In this document: positions 58,176-60,947 of the stretch, piece after piece
How positions within the stretch are numbered: position 1 is the stretch's first letter
Layout: every line of letters starts with the position of its first letter
IMG/VR virus record: IMGVR_UViG_3300030419_008000
Span: 1 to 60,947 of that record
DNA from: a virus
Lineage: Duplodnaviria > Caudoviricetes
Length of the DNA stretch: 60,947 nucleotides
Strand: one strand, 5' to 3'
Program-made: the position numbers and the translations under genes
The notes under the pieces: generated by a model
The model's database searches: none
What the model saw: the letters and a program-made list of their open reading frames with translations, nothing else
What the model was told of the DNA's origin: nothing

Positions 58176-59510
58176 TTATAAAAGTTTTGCTGCTAATGTT
58201 GCAACTTTTGATCTTTCACCCTTTTCAAGCGTTATATGACCAGCCAAAGACGAGTGTTTGAATTTTTCAACCGCATGAACTAAGCCATTTGAAGTTTCAT
58301 CAACATAAACGTTATCAATTTGCTCAATGTCTCCGGTCAATACAATTTTTGTATTTTCGCCGACGCGCGTAATAATTGTTTTGATTTCATGTGTTGTTAA
58401 GTTTTGTGCTTCGTCAATCACTACATAAGCGTTTGATATCGAACGACCTCTAATATATGTTAAAGCTTCAATTTCAATGGTTCCTTTTTGTACATACATA
58501 TCTAGTGTTGCATTATCATCTCCAAGCAAGTATCGTAAATTGTCTTGCACTGGTGCTAACCATGGAGTCATTTTCTCTTCTATGGTTCCTGGTAGGAACC
58601 CTATGTCTTTTCCAAGCGGCTGAACGGGCCTGGAGACGATTAGGCGCTTATACACAGGTTCACTACCGTCTCCTGCCGCCATAACCTGTGAGAGGCCTGC
58701 AGCGATCGCACAGAGCGTCTTGCCAGAACCAGCTTTTCCAATTAGCGATACCACCGGAATATCAGGATTGGTTAAAAGATCCATTGCAAATGTCTGCTCT
58801 TTATTGCGCGCTTTTACGCCCCAAAGACCCTTTTTATAATTGATCACTCGCGATAGGGGCTTAGAGTACTCTATAAATCTAGCTAATGCTGTTTTTTTAT
58901 CATTTGAGCTTGACACCAACATTAAAAGTTGATTAGCATAGCATTTTACCCTTTCTTCCTCTAGAAACACTAAGTCTCCTTCATAAAATTGATCTACGAA
59001 TTCGTCATCAACCAAAACTTTTAAAAATCCAGTGTATAAACTTGTTGTATCTTTTATTACTGTTGTTGCAATATAGTCTTCTGATTGTAGCCCAATTGAA
59101 TCACTAATTACACGCAAATTTATGTCGCGAGAAACCATAATTACTTTTCTATTTGGAATTCTTTGCTTAACAGCTAGCGCAGTTGCTATAATTATATGAT
59201 CTGGTAAATTAGGGTCTAAATCATAAGGAAGCTTTTCCACAACAGAAGAATCAATTCCTTCAATTGTCATAGTTCCCTTTCCTTTTGCAATTTTTACACC
59301 ACTTTTTAAAGATCCTTTTTCTCTAAGATTGTCCAATATTCTAATAACACGTCGGGCTTGAGATCCTACGCCATCTTGTCGTTTTTTGTGCTTGTCAATC
59401 TCTTCAAGCACTTTTAGAGGAATTACGATATCATGATATCCATAATCGAATATTACATTTGAATTTGTTAAACAAGCACTGGTATCAAGTACATATATTT
59501 TCTTTGCCAT
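58176..59510 (-). CDS. phoH: PIN-domain PhoH-family ATPase (PhoH2/YlaK type)
   Basis: PIN: YVLDTS...V.EEID...D..II...VSRD.NLR. PhoH: RNKEQ, GKAGSGKT, RP, IGFLPG...EKM.PW, YIRGRSI, IDEAQN and GD..QID. Confidence 0.92.
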   Translation of the reverse strand: MAKKIYVLDTSACLTNSNVIFDYGYHDIVIPLKVLEEIDKHKKRQDGVGSQARRVIRILDNLREKGSLKSGVKIAKGKGTMTIEGIDSSVVEKLPYDLDPNLPDHIIIATALAVKQRIPNRKVIMVSRDINLRVISDSIGLQSEDYIATTVIKDTTSLYTGFLKVLVDDEFVDQFYEGDLVFLEEERVKCYANQLLMLVSSSNDKKTALARFIEYSKPLSRVINYKKGLWGVKARNKEQTFAMDLLTNPDIPVVSLIGKAGSGKTLCAIAAGLSQVMAAGDGSEPVYKRLIVSRPVQPLGKDIGFLPGTIEEKMTPWLAPVQDNLRYLLGDDNATLDMYVQKGTIEIEALTYIRGRSISNAYVVIDEAQNLTTHEIKTIITRVGENTKIVLTGDIEQIDNVYVDETSNGLVHAVEKFKHSSLAGHITLEKGERSKVATLAAKLL

Positions 59511-59533
59511 TTTTATCTCTGCGTTAGCAATTA

Positions 59534-59540
59534 TAATTAG
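59534..59540 (-). promoter_or_regulatory. candidate late promoter CTAATTA
   Basis: Intergenic, ~24 nt upstream of the phoH ATG. Confidence 0.55.
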
Positions 59541-59556
59541 TCTAACATTTTAATTA

Positions 59557-59633
59557 TGGAGCCACCTTTCGGATTCGAACCGAAGACCTGATGCTTACAA
59601 AGCAACTGCTCTAGCCAACTGAGCTAAGGTGGC
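59557..59633 (-). tRNA. trnT: tRNA-Thr(UGU), CCA encoded
   Basis: GCCACCT TA GCTC AGTTGGCTA GAGC A GTTGC TT-TGT-AA GCATC AGGTC TTCGG TTCGAAT CCGAA AGGTGGC T CCA. 77-nt cloverleaf with one U-U mismatch in the anticodon stem. Confidence 0.95.
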
Positions 59634-59734
59634 AGTTCTGATTTTCTGTCGCGAACCGGGTAATCAGAGAACCCCCGCCTACGTTTGGATCGGCGGCCAC
59701 CTATCGTTATTAATCCGACGATACAGCGGATATC
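59634..59734 (-). ncRNA. candidate structured RNA (three hairpins) directly 5' of tRNA-Thr
   Basis: GC-rich 101-nt gap. Stems CCGCU-g-UAUCGU/ACGAUA-GGUGG, CCGCC/GGCGG and CUGAUU/AAUCAG. Confidence 0.45.
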
Positions 59735-59929
59735 TTATGTTGGCATCGAGTGATCTCCTTGCTCATCATCAACAATAATACCACCTTGTTTAAGTGCTGT
59801 CAATAAAGTTACAAACACTTCTTCATAATATTGCAACCTATTTTCTAATTCATTTGTTTTTTGTAGTAAAAAAGCAATTTGCCTTGTTAGGCCATCTATA
59901 TGATCTTGCCATAAATCATTTGAATTCAT
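59735..59929 (-). CDS. small coiled-coil hypothetical protein (64 aa)
   Basis: AAGGAG SD; heptad pattern. Confidence 0.7.
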   Translation of the reverse strand: MNSNDLWQDHIDGLTRQIAFLLQKTNELENRLQYYEEVFVTLLTALKQGGIIVDDEQGDHSMPT

Positions 59930-59938
59930 ATTTTCTCC

Positions 59939-60553
59939 TTAAGGCAAATTGTACATACCTGCCTGTGCCCACTCCTCAAAGACGGTGTGCATAGTAATTT
60001 TACCATCATTAATATAATAACTTTTAACACCACTGTTTTGATATTGAGTTGTAACTTCATATAATAATATGTTAGCTGCCTGTGAAGTGTTTAAGCAATA
60101 ACCAACACCGGGCATTGGAATATATATCTTATCGCTATTATTTAATATCTCAATTGGAATTCCTACTTCTTCATGCCCAACAACAATACAAATTGGTTGT
60201 GTAAAATCAAAATTATAACTTTCAATTGATTCAGATCCTTCACACAACTCAGCAGAAATTAATTTTATATTATTAGCTTTTGCATATTCTACAAACTTAG
60301 ATGGATCGCTATGCTGATCGATATTCACATAATCGACCAAAGTGCCAGAAAGTGGATTAAGAACTTTTCTATTTGGAATGGTTCCTATAACATGGACCCG
60401 ATCAGCGCCAAAACAAGCAGCAGAACGAATGAGGTAACCGATATTACCATCATGTTTAAAATTAACTGTGGCAATACTGATAGGAAACGTTTTAGCCGTT
60501 TTCTTTTTTGCATCATAACGTTGTCTTCTTGTTTTTTCTCTTTGCAATTGCAA
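59939..60553 (-). CDS. SpoU/TrmH-family RNA 2'-O-methyltransferase
   Basis: SPOUT motifs NIGYLIRSAACFG, VVGHEEVGI and IYIPMPG..CLNTSQAANILLYE. Confidence 0.88.
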   Translation of the reverse strand: MQLQREKTRRQRYDAKKKTAKTFPISIATVNFKHDGNIGYLIRSAACFGADRVHVIGTIPNRKVLNPLSGTLVDYVNIDQHSDPSKFVEYAKANNIKLISAELCEGSESIESYNFDFTQPICIVVGHEEVGIPIEILNNSDKIYIPMPGVGYCLNTSQAANILLYEVTTQYQNSGVKSYYINDGKITMHTVFEEWAQAGMYNLP

Positions 60554-60564
60554 CCGCCTTACTG

Positions 60565-60846
60565 TTAATTAGTTTTTATTTTTTTGATTATATCTTCTTC
60601 ATTAATAAAAGTCAAATCTTCATTAGCTTTGCGAAATGAAATTTGCCATTTTTTTCTCAACATATCAACTTCTTTTTGATAAATTGGCGTAGCTTCCCAG
60701 GTTGTATATCCTGGCCATGGCCAATTGGGATCTCTCCCTTTTGACGGTTTAATGACAATTTTTCTAAGCAGTTTAACATGAAATTTTGGTATTGCTTTTC
60801 CAGCAGCGCTTCTAACCAAAACAATGTCGCCTTCTTTGTATTTCAT
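60565..60846 (-). CDS. small basic hypothetical protein (93 aa), SH3/KOW-like start
   Basis: MKYKEGDIVLVRS; ORF track. Confidence 0.65.
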   Translation of the reverse strand: MKYKEGDIVLVRSAAGKAIPKFHVKLLRKIVIKPSKGRDPNWPWPGYTTWEATPIYQKEVDMLRKKWQISFRKANEDLTFINEEDIIKKIKTN

Positions 60847-60854
60847 ATTTTATA

Positions 60855-60944
60855 TGGTAGGAGATGGAGGAATTGAACCTCATTGGGCACCGCCCGGCCT
60901 CGTTTTGCCAAAGGCTTATAAGACCCCCGCCGGGGACATCTCCC
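60855..60944 (-). tRNA. atypical tRNA-like RNA: 8/4 fold, UAU (Ile) anticodon, no canonical D-arm
   Basis: GGGAGATG TCCCCGG CGGGGGT CT-TAT-AA GCCTTTG (27-nt extra region) GAGG TTCAATT CCTC CATCTCCT A CCA. Confidence 0.65.
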
Positions 60945-60947
60945 AAA

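Noticed and set aside
59640-59670. Hammerhead-like CUGAUUA...GAAA in the tRNA leader
   Set aside because: The core deviates from CUGANGA and no stem II forms. The element is also 5' of the tRNA, unlike HDV-like theta ribozymes, which sit 3'.
1017-60568. All plus-strand ORFs and short nested minus-strand ORFs in the track
   Set aside because: They lie inside longer minus-strand genes with recognisable motifs and have no motifs of their own; they are shadow ORFs.
1-60947. Bacterial chromosome/prophage or eukaryotic giant virus origin
   Set aside because: There is no integrase or housekeeping operon. Contractile-tail baseplate genes, a sigma factor, SD sites and sigma70 promoters indicate a bacteriophage.
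1-60947. Stop-codon reassignment
   Set aside because: Genes tile densely under code 11, and TAA, TAG and TGA all end genes at sensible positions.
1-60947. CRISPR array, intron, intein or IS element
   Set aside because: No repeat-spacer pattern, split gene, intein motifs or transposase was noticed by eye; subtle cases could be missed.

Overview
This 60.9-kb window is part of a large tailed dsDNA bacteriophage genome, probably a jumbo myovirus. All credible genes are on the minus strand and use the standard genetic code. From left to right on the + coordinates it contains: (i) replication/recombination genes (SbcD/Mre11-like nuclease, truncated; primase; RuvC-like resolvase) and two small putative head-internal proteins; (ii) a ~35-kb tail/baseplate module (3320-aa LamG-containing protein, gp6-like and gp25-like wedge proteins, a 2221-aa acidic protein, an HxH spike-like protein and an M23 peptidase); (iii) a phage sigma factor and small ORFs; (iv) a ~15.6-kb, 17-gene glycan cluster with two NeuB-type nonulosonic-acid synthases, a NeuA-type cytidylyltransferase, a PseB-like dehydratase, tailoring enzymes, four MAF/sialyltransferase-like domains and three GT4 domains; (v) a Cas4-like nuclease, a zincin protein, PIN-PhoH, tRNA-Thr(UGU), a SpoU methyltransferase and an atypical 8/4 tRNA-like RNA with a UAU anticodon. 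The strongest candidate new system is phage-encoded nonulosonate O-glycosylation of the virion. Supporting this, a subset of tail proteins is visibly enriched in an [S/T]-[G/A]-[S/T] tripeptide that could be the acceptor sequon. Functions were assigned by motif recognition by eye; no database searches were run.
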